64,000 bases of DNA from Ophelia neglecta (Eukaryota), in NCBI GenBank assembly GCA_965285935.1, contig OZ260663.1, positions 93,000,001 to 93,064,000 of the forward strand, read 5' to 3'. Shown piece by piece: positions 37,701 through 52,600 of this stretch (position 1 is the first letter of the stretch; each line of letters begins with the position of its first letter). Position numbers and translations under genes: made by a program. A model generated the notes under the pieces. It was not told the DNA's origin. It was given only the letters and a program-made list of their open reading frames with translations, and searched no databases.

Positions 37701-40700
37701 ATACACTCACTACTACTCATTAAAAACTGGTTTCAACAGCAGTCTCACCACAACAAAGGCGCCCAACGCACCACCCCGAATTAACCTTATCTTTGGCATT
37801 TATATGTTAAATAGCTGTTAAGGAACCATAACACAATCTGTAAATGTAGCTAGCTACTTTTACTTTTATTATCAAATTAAGTAAATCTGTGTTTGCAGAG
37901 GAACAGGACATTTGTTTGAGGAATACATTTCACGCTACCTGCGCGGATAACGAGGTTATACAGATGGAGCATGCGCTGTACGGCAGGATGTCTGTAGGAC
38001 GCTGCATACCAGAGGCTCATAAGATGGGCTGCCAAGAAGACGTTTTGGGCTACATGGACTCGGTTTGCTCTGGACGACAGACCTGTCAGCTAAGATTGTA
38101 TGATTACCTAGCCACCAAGGACCAGCCATGTCCGGAAGGACTGATGTCTTACTTACAACTACGATACATCTGCAAGTCGGGTAATAAAAGCGTGTCAGGA
38201 TTTAACTGACGGCTTATATACATTTCAATTGAAACAAAAGTAGAAAAATGTACATGCAATATCCGAACCATGCAATGTCCGGTTCTCCTCTCAAATATAT
38301 AAAGCAGTAACTGCCTGATCCAGGCAGTGCCTCTGCTATTTAGTGGGACAGTGGGAGTAAACCAAACAAACTGACTGCAGACATCTGAGTCTCCTCTGGT
38401 GCCTAAATAACTAACCCAAATTCACATAAATATTACACCAATCTATCAAGGTATAACACACGCCTTGAGGACTATTCGATACATATTAAGGGTTCCATCA
38501 GGCTTCAGGGGAGTCAATAAATTATCGACGTGTCGCTTTTTTGAGTGTGACACTATAGCCTAGGTTTAAAAACCAAACAAAACGGCCGAAAAGCTTAATT
38601 GTCTCAAGATTAATAGATGACATCAATGTATAAATACATAGATGGTGTTGGATATTCGATTTTTCCCTTAAATGTACCATTATTTGTTGTATTATGTTAA
38701 GAGTATATATTCAAAAGGGCTAGCACTACAAGTTCTAAGACATTTTAATAAACTTGAATATAATACATCTAATAACAGATAGAGCTAACAGATAGAGCGA
38801 GGAGTCTACCATAATTCTAGAATGAATGTGGCCAAACCTTTCTGTCAAATTGTCTTCTTCTTGGGTGAGCTACCGTTGCTCGATATTATGCGTTAATCGT
38901 TTTAGTTGTTATTTTCAGTGCACGTCTCGCCAAGTACATGTGCCAGCAGCCCCCTACTGGTCACTGGAACAACTGGACTACTGGGAAATGTCATAACCGA
39001 ACGGAAAGGTCAGGGATCTCAGGAATGTCCCTGGAATATCCGAGGACCTCCTGGACAGAAAATCCGCCTTACACTATACGACTACGGTGCATGGAAACCT
39101 CCCAGGGCCGAAGGGAGCGACTCTGAAGTTCCTGATTCGGGAATCAATCTGCCAGGGACATCAGATATATGTCATATATACGCAAGAGTTACAGAAGGTC
39201 AGTTATGTCATAAATGAATTATATTATAGTATTATAGTGTTTTGCCGCCATCAGAACGTTTTTTTGTTGTTGCTATATATTTCAGGAATCCAATTCTCTC
39301 CCAAAATAGTTGGTATTAACATATAGAAGGGTTTTATTTCCCCATATGCTAACAACAACTTCTTATAGCTAGTTTTAATAATCAGGTTGATAAAGGGCAT
39401 GCTTTACAATGATTTCTTTACAAGCAATTTGCCTTTTTTTACAACACCAGACTCGACTGAGAGCTCAATCAACCTTTGTGGTGGTGAAGAAAAAGAGAAG
39501 GTGGTATACTTATCAGAGTCAGAAGGCATTCGGATCGTCTTAACCAACCCTGAACACAGTGTAAACTCTGCGTATTTCCTTGTTTTTTACGAAAGTGAGT
39601 GACAATTGAATATATATTTGTATTGTACAAATACTCATTATGTGAATAAAAGAACGTGGGACATTCTAAATGTTTCGACCTATGTGTCAATAGAATTACT
39701 TTAATGATGTCTATCATATCATTCAGCCGTTGGAAATTTAATAAATACAGTTTTTTTCGTGTTACTATCGAGTATGTTTTTTAAATTTAAAGTTATCGGG
39801 TGTCTAAGTTACAATCCACCAGAGGGCGCTGTAATTGAGCGATACAACAGTGATATATTGGTCAAATGTCAAGACACCGGAAATGGTTGGAAAGTATCGT
39901 GTGACGGGACGCGATGGCAAGTAATAGGAAACGTCACAAACTGCACTAGAACAGGTTGGTACGACACGGCAAAGGAAGATAAGATAATGTTTTGCTATAG
40001 ATGGCGAAATTGAAATTGAAAGACATAATAATCAAACATTAAACACATTTTACACATTCATTTACTAATATAGAATATTATTTTAGCCACAGTGGAGAAG
40101 CCGTCCGTATCCATTGAAGCCCAGTTAGAGCGTAGTAGCCTGACTTTATCCCAAGGTGATAAACCCGATAAAGAATGTTTATTAAAATTTGACAGGATGA
40201 CATTTTCTTGGATTATAAGTAGACTCTACTCCCAAAAACATCATCTGACCTATTTCATCATTTCTACAATAATAATTTGATATGTTTTGAATGTTAGTTC
40301 ATTCCACGAATTGATAAACGTTCTTTGTACTTACAGGACTCGTGATTGCTTTCTTTCTGTCTATTGCTGTTCTCATAGCAGTCATTATTCTTGTGGTCGG
40401 CATTATTTGCCTTCGAAGGTAAGTGATTGGTTGGTCAAAAGACATCTTGTATCTGATCTCGTCCATGCAAAACTGATATAACGAGTGGGTCTTATCTATA
40501 ACATGACTTTATACTATAAATGCTAATACACCTTTCAGATGCTCTTTTCTACCTATTCAAGAATATACAAAACATCTAGATGAATTTGTATTAATATGAA
40601 TAAAGGGTTAAAATATAGTCAAGAATAAAATCACGTGCCCTTTCTATAGATGTGTCTTTGCAGGAGGCAGGAAACCGGAAGTCGGTCAAGGCGGGATTCA

Positions 40701-41231
40701 TGGATGGACTCTGCGAACCGCATGTCAACTTTGGGATATACTGGTAAAGAACATTTTCCCATGCTGAGATACGAAGAGGGAGAACAGCAGTCTCTCCACG
40801 GCGGAGGATGTACTACCACAGCCCAGAGGCACGCCATTGGCCATCCGGGGGCCGTGCCCCCGAGGGAGAGCTTTCCACCACTACCACTACCGCCTACGGA
40901 TACATTCTCCGACGCCGGGCACTGTACTATTCACGGGACACTTAGCCGTGATCGCTATCCACAGGAAAGTACCAAGACAACACAACCTTTCGTCGAACAG
41001 CGGTCTTCTAATGAGTGGCCTAATTCATTACGGCGCACACGCTATAACGGTAAAACCAAGAACCATTTTTACCACGAGTTAGACCCGGAACATATAAGTG
41101 TTCGCACTGGGCAACCACCTGATCACAAAGTATCCGAAGTGGAAGCATTCGGCGGGGAACAATCCGCGTCGCAACTCCCAGATGTGCTTTCCTCTTCGTC
41201 AAGTGGGCCCAACAAGTGTGACAACGTTTAA
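34707..41231 (+). CDS. G5: SUEL-CUB-sushi-TM receptor (subfamily B, ~552 aa)
   Basis: Exons 34707-34779, 37899-38180, 38919-39197, 39451-39594, 39793-39954, 40087-40155, 40337-40418 (TM GLVIAFFLSIAVLIAVIILVVGIICL), 40664-41231. 1659 nt open frame ending KCDNV. Confidence 0.88.
35277..35343. repeat. 33-bp tandem duplication in G5 intron 1
   Basis: ATATTTTGGTGAGGTGTAAATAAAATGCC(C)TGCA twice in tandem. Confidence 0.8.
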
Positions 41232-41730
41232 AGGTGAAATGCTCGTTCCCCTGGGCAGGTTATGGAATACATTGCAATAGTCCTTTAGCTGTTGAACATT
41301 TTCAAGCCTCTTCGCCATGAAAGAATAAGGCTTGGATTCTGACGGATTTCTTTCAAATTATTATGTATCTCAGAACGGATTGCAATGCCTGGACTTAATT
41401 GACAAATGCGGTTGGGCGTATAATCAATTCGCGACAGTTCACCAAAACCTACTTGAGGAAGCACTTACAGTGGCCAATCTACTAGAAAACATCAGTATGC
41501 GAAACAAAACAACAACTTAAGATTAATATCTGTTGTTGACAACAGCACATATTACGACTCGTTAGATGATACTTATTATGTACATGACCGTTGGTCGGAA
41601 AGCTTTGTGGGCTAAGGGTGTGTTTCAGCATATGTAAATATGACTTGAGCAAACGATACACATTATAACATTGACTATTCACCAAGCGCGCCGATCATAA
41701 ATATTGTGTGCAATACATGGAATTAATTTA

Positions 41731-41736
41731 AATAAA
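41731..41736 (+). terminator. Putative polyadenylation signal of G5 (homologous sites 49202-49207 in G6, 56414-56419 in G7)
   Basis: AATAAA followed by GT-rich TTGTGTTTATTT, conserved about 460-520 nt after the stop in three paralogues. Confidence 0.5.
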
Positions 41737-42037
41737 TTGTGTTTATTTGGATCTTGATATATCACCGAAAAAAGTCGCTATTTTGGATTTATTACTAAAC
41801 ATATAAAAATAGCATTGCAAACCCGTAAATTAAAAACCTATTTCTTAGTCGAAAAAATTCGGTAGTGCTTGGCCAAAGAATTCTTTGGCTCCTGCTTATC
41901 AACAAGTGCCTTCTTAGCCTGACATAAAGTATAATGCCAAAACGTAGAACAAAATACAAGGAAGGACTTGCGTTGACAGTTGGCCTTTGAATTCACTAGT
42001 CTAGTTTTCAACCTTCACCTATCGTGACACAGAATTT

Positions 42038-42153
42038 GTGCGGCGCGAGGCGAGCGAGTGATATGCGCACTGCGCCGGCGCTACGTTAACCACCCATTGC
42101 ACTCAGCCGCGGTACTGGGTACATTGAGTTCTGATACTAACACTACCAGCTTG
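42038..42153 (+). promoter_or_regulatory. Conserved upstream element of G6
   Basis: Same motif series upstream of ATG 42192. Confidence 0.7.
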
Positions 42154-42191
42154 TCTAGGAATACTAGCAGGAAAATAAACACATTGTTAAT

Positions 42192-45100
42192 ATGGATACG
42201 TCGTTGAAATACCTTATTATTTTAGTAATCATACCATTGTGGATACCAACAGGAAACTCCAGTAAGTACAGTATATTCGTTATAAACTCAAATTGAACGC
42301 TATCGTAATAAATCCACATCGAATCGTTTTCTATACACACATACCGAGGGAGCGAGCCATCGAGGAATCCTACATAGATATAGTACGGTTAGAGATCTAC
42401 GTTTACACCCATTACGCCGCTGATGCGTGTGCATAACTAATTCAAGGGAAGGCAAATTGTTTATTTCGCTCAAATGGATTCCATCTTTGTGCTATTAAAA
42501 TACATTTTCGGCGTAAACTAGTCATGGGATAAATGTATCCATTTTTTCACTAAAAGGTTATATCCGAAACACAAGCAGTATGATTGTTCATTGCGCCGGG
42601 GATCCATGGGGCAGGATTTCACTGCATAATTCGACCTACCTTGACATATTGACATGTGACCCAAGCCCCTCTGCTTACTCCTTCCCTTCTTACGTTTTCA
42701 AATGACAAATAATGCAAGTTCTTAAAAGCAATCCTTTTGTTATGTGAGTGGTGCATATTACTTGCCCTATACATCTGGGCATTTCCTTCTGCACTTTATC
42801 AAATAGAATAATACTAGAAGAGAATAGCTATAAGCATGAGCACATGCAATGTGTGTAAGCTTTAACAGAAGTTCAAATGGGGATAAACTTAGGTGACATT
42901 TACAATGCAATTCAAAAGAAAACCTACACATTATTTTTGTGATATAAAGAAACCATTCTATGTAACTTTGTTTATCTATGTAATTTGTTTATACTGTTTT
43001 AACGAAAAAACGCCTTCACCGCTTTATCAGTTGATAATAATACAACTATACACCTAAATAGATGGATATCATCTCTCAATATTTAGGCTTATTGTAGGGA
43101 GAATGAATGACTATTCACTAAACAAGTGGATTTAAGATGCTTTTTTTGGCCTTGTTGAGCAATTGATATTCTACATGGCATTAAGGTAAATCGAATGTTG
43201 AGCAACTGAAATCATCTGTGTGTTATCACTAAAATCGCCTGTTTGTAGTGTCGGACCACAATACAGTGCCTATAGAAATGCACCATTTGTTTTAACCTGT
43301 TTCATTTATACGTATGACCTTGTCCTCGACTTGCATCTAGACCCCAGGTCCATACTTTCAAGACGAACAGCCAGCACACAAGGACAATAGTGGGGAAACG
43401 TGAGATTGCAACTGATATTCTGCTATGCAGGTGACTGATCCTATGAAATGATAAATACTACATTATAGAATGTCTTTCCACGCATTTTAGTATTCCTACC
43501 AGGTACGAAGCTTTGTTCAAAGAGCGTCATGGCAATTTTTATTTTTGCACTAGACTTTGCCCAAACCACCGCAGTTTTTGCTCGTTCGAGACCCCCCCCC
43601 CACATTCCTCCGTGGTGCATTCGAGTATATGTAAAACGTCCTCCTCTTTAGTATGCATCGATCCTTGAGTCCTTCTATGGGCTGTTGTTTACTGAGATGA
43701 ATTCAAGTGTGTCTCAAAATTATGAGAGAGCGTAGTCCACTCTAGATTCCCCTCGGGCATATTTCATGACTACTGACTCGTTTTGTTATTTCGTGACAGA
43801 TTCAAAAGACTATTCCTAATTTAAGGAAGTTGCTCTGTCTACCGGGTATTCATTCCCTTTACTTCCTCAACAGCAGTAATAGGTGTGCAATGTGTGACAA
43901 GAGCATTAAAGTTGTCCAAATGATCCTAATGAGTGACCAGTACTTAGAGGATTACATGTGCAACTCGTAATCATGCACACCTTTGCACTGCTATTCTATT
44001 TCAGATGGCATACTTACTCGTAATAGATATGTTGTTTAGTGCAATTTGATGATTATTTGTAACTCTGTAAGATGATGATTTATTATAATCACTGTATAGG
44101 GATTGAACAGATAAACTTACTCCGATTTCTACCCATTTTTGTTGGTACCCGATGTCTTTGTTCAATCCCACGCATGGCATTGCCGCGAGCGGCGAGGCGC
44201 GGCGTGGCGCGGCGTGGGCGATGCGTCTCTTGGCAAAGCGCCTCGTTGCTCGGCGTACTATCTCGCTCGGCAATAGCAGGAACAGATAATATTTCCTCTG
44301 ACTATAGACTTCTAGCCTGAAAAACATATTCAGGATATTAATTATGACTTATTCAATGTTATCAGTAGAAGCACTTTACGGGCACCATCTATTATCTACG
44401 TATTGAGAGCGGAGAATAATTTCGAACAATCATGGATAATATCATGACCAGGGCATCTCTCTTTGTCCCATCACCAATTTAACTGACCCGGTGGCCCCTT
44501 GTGTTAATTCTGAATATTTTAATCACAGCCATCACTTACACAATAATCGTGGTTTGAAGCAAAGTTGCTGCCCAATGCAAATAGTTATTGGATGCCGTTT
44601 CTACTAATAATGGGATATGGAGGGGGAGGGGGGGGGGTGTAAAGTCAATCTAGATTTCCAAATTAACCGCAGTATGGGATTAGCTATTTAGAAAATAAAT
44701 CATCATAAAAGCTGTTTTTTGGTGCGCTGTAGCCATCCGTCGAGCTTGATAGAACCACATACCATTTTAGCTGAGATTTTTTAAACCATTAAACTATCTG
44801 CACATTTAGGTCTTCTAAATCCCGCTTTTAACGTGGCTGTAATTAAAACTATGGTTTCAAGATAAATACAAATGGTACATTTGCAAAAAGTAAGTAATGA
44901 ATTGATTAAGGGGGAGAGTTATAGCAATAACGTATATAAGTCGGTGATGGTTGAACAGTGTCGAAACCGTAAAGCACACGCGCATTATGTATAATAAATA
45001 TTATACAAACTACCTGTTATGCAGAGCCGTCGTTAAGCAAATTCGAATTTTATGAAGGAGATTGAAACGTTTATATTTTTGGCAGAACCAGTTTAAAATC

Positions 45101-48100
45101 TCGGCGGGCACTGTTTGGCCTTGACCCCCAGCCCACCCAAACTAACCCCCACCGCTACCACCACTGTCGGAAGAAAAAAAGCAGCAGTTTTACATAGGTG
45201 TCGTAATTCACCGTCTGTTATTTACGTCACCTTTACGAGTAGAAGGGTAATTACATATAAAGCTAATGCATTTTGATTATCAAATTGAGTTCATGTGTAT
45301 TTTGCAGTAGAAGAGGACATTTGTATGAGGGATACATTCAAGGCTACCTGTGCGGATGACGAGGTTATACAGATGGAGCATGCGCTGTACGGCAGGATGT
45401 CAGTAGGACGCTGCATACCGAAGGACTTTGGGGTTGGGATGGGATGTCAGGAAGACGTGTTGGGTTATTTATACTCAGTTTGCTCTGGGAGACAGACGTG
45501 TCAGCTGCGATTGTATGATTACCTGGCCACCAAGGACCAACCTTGTCCGGAAGGACTGACGTGTTACCTACATGTGCGATACAACTGCAAATCTGGTAAC
45601 TATATGGCGTCATGATTTAACTGGCAACTTGTATAGTTTTAGAGAAAAAATCGAAGAAAATAAACTTTTGCACACAAAATCCGAACAATGCAATGTCCTG
45701 TTCTGCTAAGCTCAAATACTATAAACGGCAATTGCCCAATAATGGTAGCCCCTGTGCTTTCACTGACAGTAAACGTAACTAACTGACTCCAGACATATGG
45801 ATTGCCCTAGTGGACAAATTACTGACCTAGGGTTTTGAATTAACAGCGGGCATTTTCCAAATTTACCATACAATATTTGACTGATCAGAGGCGATATACG
45901 ATGCAGGGCCATATATTATGTAGGGCGATATTCTAGTTTTGTAGACTATACAACATCGCTGAACAGCTGCATTATCTTAAGAATGATGAATTGGACTTAT
46001 GAATAGGCTAATTACACACTGTACTGCATAATCGACTTGCACCATTAATTTTTGATAATGTTTGATATGCTTAAACGGAACACTATGCAAGTTCCAAGGC
46101 GCCTTTGATAACTTCTAATAATATGCAATTTATAAACGCAACAGTTGTCCTTGTACAACAACACATAAATACACATGCAAACAGGACCCGACATTTGTAA
46201 CGAAACTAGATAATGCTAGTTTAACTTGGGCAGCATATATGTATAATTGACCTTTTTTTCCATTTTCCACATTAAGTCCTTAGCACATTTCAGCTATTTT
46301 ATCTCCCACGGATAGTTTGCCAATTTAGAATATCCTATAAATTATATGTCTATAAATCTACGTTAATAACAAAACGAATATCTGTGAACATTGTTCTCCA
46401 TTGAGATCCTTGTGTTAGTGAGTTGGCTCGATATTACGTGCTTATCATATAAAGTTATCACTTCCAGTGCACGTATCTCCAACACCATGCGGCGGCCACG
46501 CCCTACCGGTCACTGGAACAAGTGGGCTACTGGGAAATGTTATAACAGGACGGTTAGGTCAGGGATCTCCGGAATGTCCGTGGGATATCCGAGGATCACC
46601 TGGACAGAAAATCCGCCTCACACTATACGATTACGGTGTATGGAAACCTCCCAGTGCCGAAGGGAGCGACTCTGGGGTTCCAGATTCGGGAATCAGTCTG
46701 CCAGAGAGATCAGATATATGTCATATATACGCACGAGTTACAGAAGGTCAGTCTTGTCAGAAATGAATTTTATTGTTGTTTTAGCCGTCATTAGAACATT
46801 ATTTCTCGTTGCTATAAATGTTCAGGAATTCAGAACTATCTTTTAAAGAGTAGGCCTATAGACCCATAGAAAGGTTTAGTTCCCCCCAAGTGATATCCAC
46901 AAGGCACTTATGCTAGTTTCAATAACCAAGTTGATGAAGTGCACATTTTACAGTGATGTTTTAACGTGCAATATGCCTTATTTAAACAAAACAGATTCGA
47001 CTAAGAGTTCTATCAATCTATGTGGTGGTGAAACAAATGAGAAAGTGGTATACTTATCAGAGTCAGAAGGCATTCAGATCGTCTTAACCAACCCTAAACA
47101 CAGTGTAAAGTCTGCATATTTCCTTCTTCGTTACGAAAGTGAGTGTCAATCGAACATATATGTGTATTGTACAAATACTCATTGTGTATTGTACAAATAC
47201 TCATGTGATTAAAAAAAATGTGGGACATTCTAAATGCTTCGACCTACAGTCAATAGAATTATTTTAATGATGCCTATCATATCATTCAGCCGTTGGAAAT
47301 TTAATGAATACAGTTTTTTTCGTGTTACTATCGAGTATGTTTTTTAAATTTAAAGTTATCGGGTGTCTAAGTTACATACCACCAGAGGGCGCTGTTATTG
47401 AGCGATACAAAAGTGATATATTGGTAGAGTGTCCAGATACCGGAAGTGGCTGGAAAGTATCGTGTGACGGGACGCGATGGCAAGTAGAAGGAAACGTCAC
47501 AAACTGCACTAAAACAGGTTAGTACAATATGTCATTGAAAGATAATATTTTGCTATAGATTTCGAAATTGAAATGTGCATTAGGACATAATCATTATACA
47601 TTAAACTAATTATATACATTCCTTGACTAATATAGAATATTATTTTAGCCACAGTGGAGAAGCCGTCCTTATCCATTGAAGCCCAGCTAGAGCGCAGTAC
47701 CCTGACTTTATCTCAAGGTGATGAACTCGAAAAAGAATGTATTAAACTTCGACAGAAGCACTTTTTCCTGGGATTTAAACAAGCCTTTTCTCCCAAAAAC
47801 ATCACCATCTTAATCTAATATTACATGATTTGACATCTTTCGAATGTTTGTTTATTCTTCGAATTGATAAACGTTCTATGTAATTACAGGACTCGTGATT
47901 GCTTTCTTTCTATCTATTGCTGTACTCATAGCAGTCATTATTCTTGTGGTCGGCATTGTTTGCCTTCGAAGGTAAGTGATTGGTTGGTCAAAAGATATCT
48001 TGTACCTGATCTCGCTCAGGCCAAACTGATATAACGAGTGGTTCTTATATATAACAGGACTTTATACTATCAATGGTAATACATCCTTCAGATGCTTTAT

Positions 48101-48745
48101 TTTACATATTCAAGCATATCCAAAATATCAAAATGAATTTGTATTAATATGAAAAAAGTATTAAACTGTAGCCAAAAATAAAAATCACGTGCCCCTTTTC
48201 TATTGAAGTGTTTTTTTGGCAGGAGGCAAGAAACCGGAACACGGTCAAGGCGGGATTCATGGATGGACTCTACGAAACGAATGTCATCTTTGGGATATAC
48301 TGGTAAAGAACATTTTCCCATGCTGGGATACGAAGAGGGAGAACAGCAGTCTCTCAACGGCAGGGGATATACTACCACAGCCCAGAGGCACGCCATTGGC
48401 CATCCGGGCGCCGTGCCCCCAAGGGAGAGCTTTCCACCACTACCACTACCGCCTACTGACACATTCTCGGACGCCGGGCACTGTACTATTCAGGGGACAC
48501 TTAGCCGTGATCGCTATCCACAGACAACAAAACCTTTCGTCGAACAGCGGTCTTCTAATGAGTGGCCTAATTCATTACGGCGCACACGCAGTAACGGTAA
48601 AACCAAAAACCATTTCTACCACGAGTTAGACCCGGAACATATTAGAGTTCGTACTGGGCCCCCACCTGGTCACACAGTATCCGAAGTGGAAGCTTTCGGC
48701 GGGGCCCAATCCGCGGTACCTCTCCCAGATGTGCTTTCCTCTTAG
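42192..48745 (+). CDS. G6: SUEL-CUB-sushi-TM receptor (subfamily B, ~538 aa, C-terminally shortened)
   Basis: Exons 42192-42261, 45308-45595, 46468-46746, 46995-47138, 47356-47517, 47649-47717, 47890-47971, 48223-48745. 1617 nt. A TAG replaces a Ser codon shortly before the paralogous stop. Confidence 0.88.
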
Positions 48746-49508
48746 TCAAGGGGGCCCAACAAGTGTGACAACGTTTAAAGGTGAAATGCTCGTTCCCCTG
48801 GGAAGGTTTTGGAACTAGGCTTGGATTAGGACTGATTACTTTCATATTATTATGTATCTCAGAACGGGTTACAATGTCTGGACTTGGGCGGCGTATAATC
48901 AATTAGATACAGTTCACCAAATCCTACTTGAGGAAGAACTTACAGTGGCCAATCTACTACAAAACATCAGTATGCGAAACAAAACAACAACTAGATATTA
49001 ATATCTGTAGTTGGCAACAGAACATATACGACTCATTAGATGGCACAATTTATGTACAAGACTGTTGGTCGGAAAGCTATGTGGGCCAAGGATGTGTTTC
49101 AGCATATGTAAATACGACTTGAGCAAACGAGAAAAATTATAACATTTGACTCTTCAGCACGCCGATCATAAATAGTGTGTGATATACATAGAATTAATCA
49201 AAATAAATTGTGTTTATTTTGGGTCTTGATATATCCCCGAAAAAAAATCGCTATTTTGGATGTATTACTAAACATATAGAAATAGCATTGCACACCCGTT
49301 AATTAGACACCTATTTCATACTCGAAAATAATCGGTAGTGTTTAACCAAAGAATTCTTTGGCTCCTGCATATCAACAAGTGCTTTCTTAGCCTGACATAT
49401 AATATGATGTTAGAACGTAGAACACAATAAAAGGTAGGACTAATGTTGACAGGTGGCCTTTGAATTCGCTGGGCCAGTGTACAACCTTCACCTATCGTGA
49501 CAGAATCT

Positions 49509-49624
49509 GTGAGGCGCGAGGCGAGCGAGTGATATGCGCACTGCGCCAGCGCTACGTTAACCACCCATTGCACTCAGCCGCGGTACTGGGTACATTGAGT
49601 TCTGATACTAACACTACCAGCTTG
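49509..49624 (+). promoter_or_regulatory. Conserved upstream element of G7
   Basis: Same motif series upstream of ATG 49663. Confidence 0.7.
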
Positions 49625-49662
49625 TCTAGGAATACTAGCAGGAAAATAAACACATTGTTAAT

Positions 49663-52600
49663 ATGGATACGTCATTGAAACACCTTATTATTTTAGTAAT
49701 CATACCATGGTGGATACCAGTAGGAAACTCCAGTAAGTACAGTATATTCGTTATAAACTCAAATTGAACGCTATCCTAATAAATCCACATCGAATCGTTT
49801 TCTATACACACATACCGAGGGAGCGAGCCATCGAGGAATCCTACATAGAAAGAGTACGCTTAGTGATCTACGTTTACACATATTACGCCGCGGATGCGTG
49901 TACATAACTAATTCAAGTGAAGGCAAATTGTTTATTTCGCTAAAATGGATTCCATTCTTGTGCTATTAAAATACATTTTCTTCTTAAACTAGTCACGGAA
50001 TTAATGTATCATTTTCACTAAGAGGTTATATCCGGAACACAAGCAGTATGATTGTTCATTGCGCCGGGGATCCATGGGGCATGATTTCACTGCATAATTC
50101 GACCTACCTCGACATATGGACATCTGACCCAAGCCACTCTGCTTACTCCTTCCCTTCTTACGTTTGCAAATGACTAATAATGAAAGTTCTTAAAGGTGAC
50201 GCTTTTATGTTGTATGTGGTGCATCTAATTTGTCCTGCAAATCTGGGCATTTGCTCCCGTATTTCATCAAAAAGAATCATGCTAGAACAAAATAGCTAGA
50301 AGAAGGACCACATGTTATGTATGTAAACGTCAACAGTAATTCAAATAGGGATAAGCTATAGTAACATTGGCAATGCAATTCAAAAGAAAATATACACGCC
50401 GTATTTTTTATTTTATTTATTGCTATATTGAAACCATTCTATGAAACTTTGGACCGATTTAATCGCCCATTGTCAACTACCTATATTGGAAAAAGAATAA
50501 ACCGTATTAATCAAGTCACAAATACAAAAATGTTATGCTAAATGTTATGTATGCCATCATGCATAGAGCCAATTAATGTTAAAACTATGATATAAAAATC
50601 CTCCATAGCTTTATCTGATGGTCATAATACAATTATACCGTCTTCATTATAATTGTATGGGGAATGAATGTCCATTCATTTGACAAGTGGATTTAAGATG
50701 TTTTTCGGCCTTGTTGATATTCTTCATGGTATTAAGGTTAGTCGAATGTTGAATACTCAAATTATCTGTCTGCTATCATTAAAACCGTATGTTTGTAGTG
50801 TCGTTAAACAATACAGTGCCTATAGAAATGCACTGTTTTGTTAACCTATTTCATTGATACGTATGACCTTGTCCTCAATTGCAACTAGGCCCTAGTTTTA
50901 TAGTTTCAAGATGAACAGACAGCACAAAGGACATCTGTGGGAAACGTGAGATTAAAACAGATATTCCGCTATGCAGGTACTGATCCTATGAAATTGTAAA
51001 TATTACATTATTGAATTAAGGAAGTTGCTCTGTCTACCGGGTATTCACTCCCTTTACTTCCTCAACAGCAGTAATAGGTGTGCAATGTGTGACAAGAGCA
51101 TTTAATGTTGTCCAAATGATCCTAATGAGTGACCAGTACTTAGAGGATTACATATGCAACTCGTAATCATGCACACCTTTGCACTGCTATTCTATTTCAG
51201 ATGGCATACTTACTTGTCATAGATATGTTGTGTAGTGCAATTTGATGATTATTTGTAACTCTGTAAGATAATGATTTATTATAATCACTGTATTGGGATT
51301 TAACAGATAAACTTACTCCGATTTCTGCCCATTTTAGTTTGTGCCCGATGTCTTTGTTCGATCCCACCCATGGTATTGCCCGAAGCGGCGAGGCGCGGCG
51401 TGGCGCGGCGTGGGTGAAGCGTCTCTTGGCAAAGCGCCTCGTTGCTCGGCGTAATATGTCGCTCTGACTATAGTTCCTCTGACTATAGACTTCCAGCCTG
51501 AAAATCATAATTTTCAGGATATTAATTATGACTTATTCAATGTTATCAGTACTTTACGGGCACCATTTAGTATCTACGTATTGAGCGAGGTGAATAATTT
51601 CGAACAATCATGGATGATATCATGACCAGGGCATCTCTCATGGTCCCATTACCAATTTAACTGACACGGTGGCCCCTTTGTGTTAATTCTGAATAATTTA
51701 TTTATAGCCATCACCTACACATTAATCGAGGTTTAAAGCGAAGTTGCTGCCCTATGTAATAGTTATTGGAGGCCGTTTCTACTGAAAATGGGATATTGAG
51801 GAGGGGGGGGGGGGGATGTTGGTGTAAAGTCAATCTAGATTTCTCCAATTTCACCACATAAAACATCATAAATGCTGTTTTTCGGTGCGCTGTAGCCATC
51901 CGTCGAGCTTGATGGAAGCACATACAATTTTGGCTGAGATTTTAAACTACTAAACTATCTGAACATTTAAGTCTTCTAAATCCCGTTTTTAATATGGCTG
52001 TAATTATAACTATGGTTTCAAGATAAATACAAATGGTACATTTGCAAAAAGGAAGTAATGAATTGATTAAGGAGGAGAGTTATAGCAATAACGTATATAA
52101 GTCCGTGATTGTTTAACAGTGTCGAAACCCTACAGCACACGCGCATTATGTATAATAAATATTACACAAACTATATTTTATGCAGAACCGTCGTCAAGCA
52201 AATTCGAATGTTATGAAAGAGCTTGAAATGTTTTTATTTTTGGCAGAACCAGTTTAAAATCTCGGCGGGCACTTTTTGACCTTGACCCCCAGCCCACCCC
52301 AACTAACCCCCATCCCTACCACCACTGTCAGAAGAAAACAAGCAGCAGTCTTACCCCAAGAAAGATGTCGCAACTCGCCGTATGTTAGTTACGTCATCTT
52401 TAAAAGGAGAAGGGTAAAATATATACTCGGGTACCATATACAAATCTGGATATATAGCTAACGCATTTTGATTATCAAATTGAGTTCATGTGTATTTTGC
52501 AGTAGAACAGGACATTTGTATGAGGGATACATTCAAGGCTACCTGTGCGGAAAACGAGGTTATTCAGATGGAGCATGCGCTGTACGGCAGAATGTCTGTA

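Noticed and set aside
39816-39830. Perfect CTCF-like motif CCACCAGAGGGCGCT in exon 5 of G5-G8 (also 47379, 54492, 62379) and a similar one at 132-145
   Set aside because: All instances are coding and explained by the peptide (P/S)PEGA; the subfamily A exon-5 equivalents deviate. It would need ChIP evidence to be called an exonic CTCF site.
44001-44327. Recurrent minus-strand Arg/Ala-rich ORFs (also 36869-37090, 51197-51508, 58775-59026) and overlapping plus-strand ORFs
   Set aside because: They come from the duplicated GC-rich intron segment. Lengths and ends differ between copies and no domain is recognisable.
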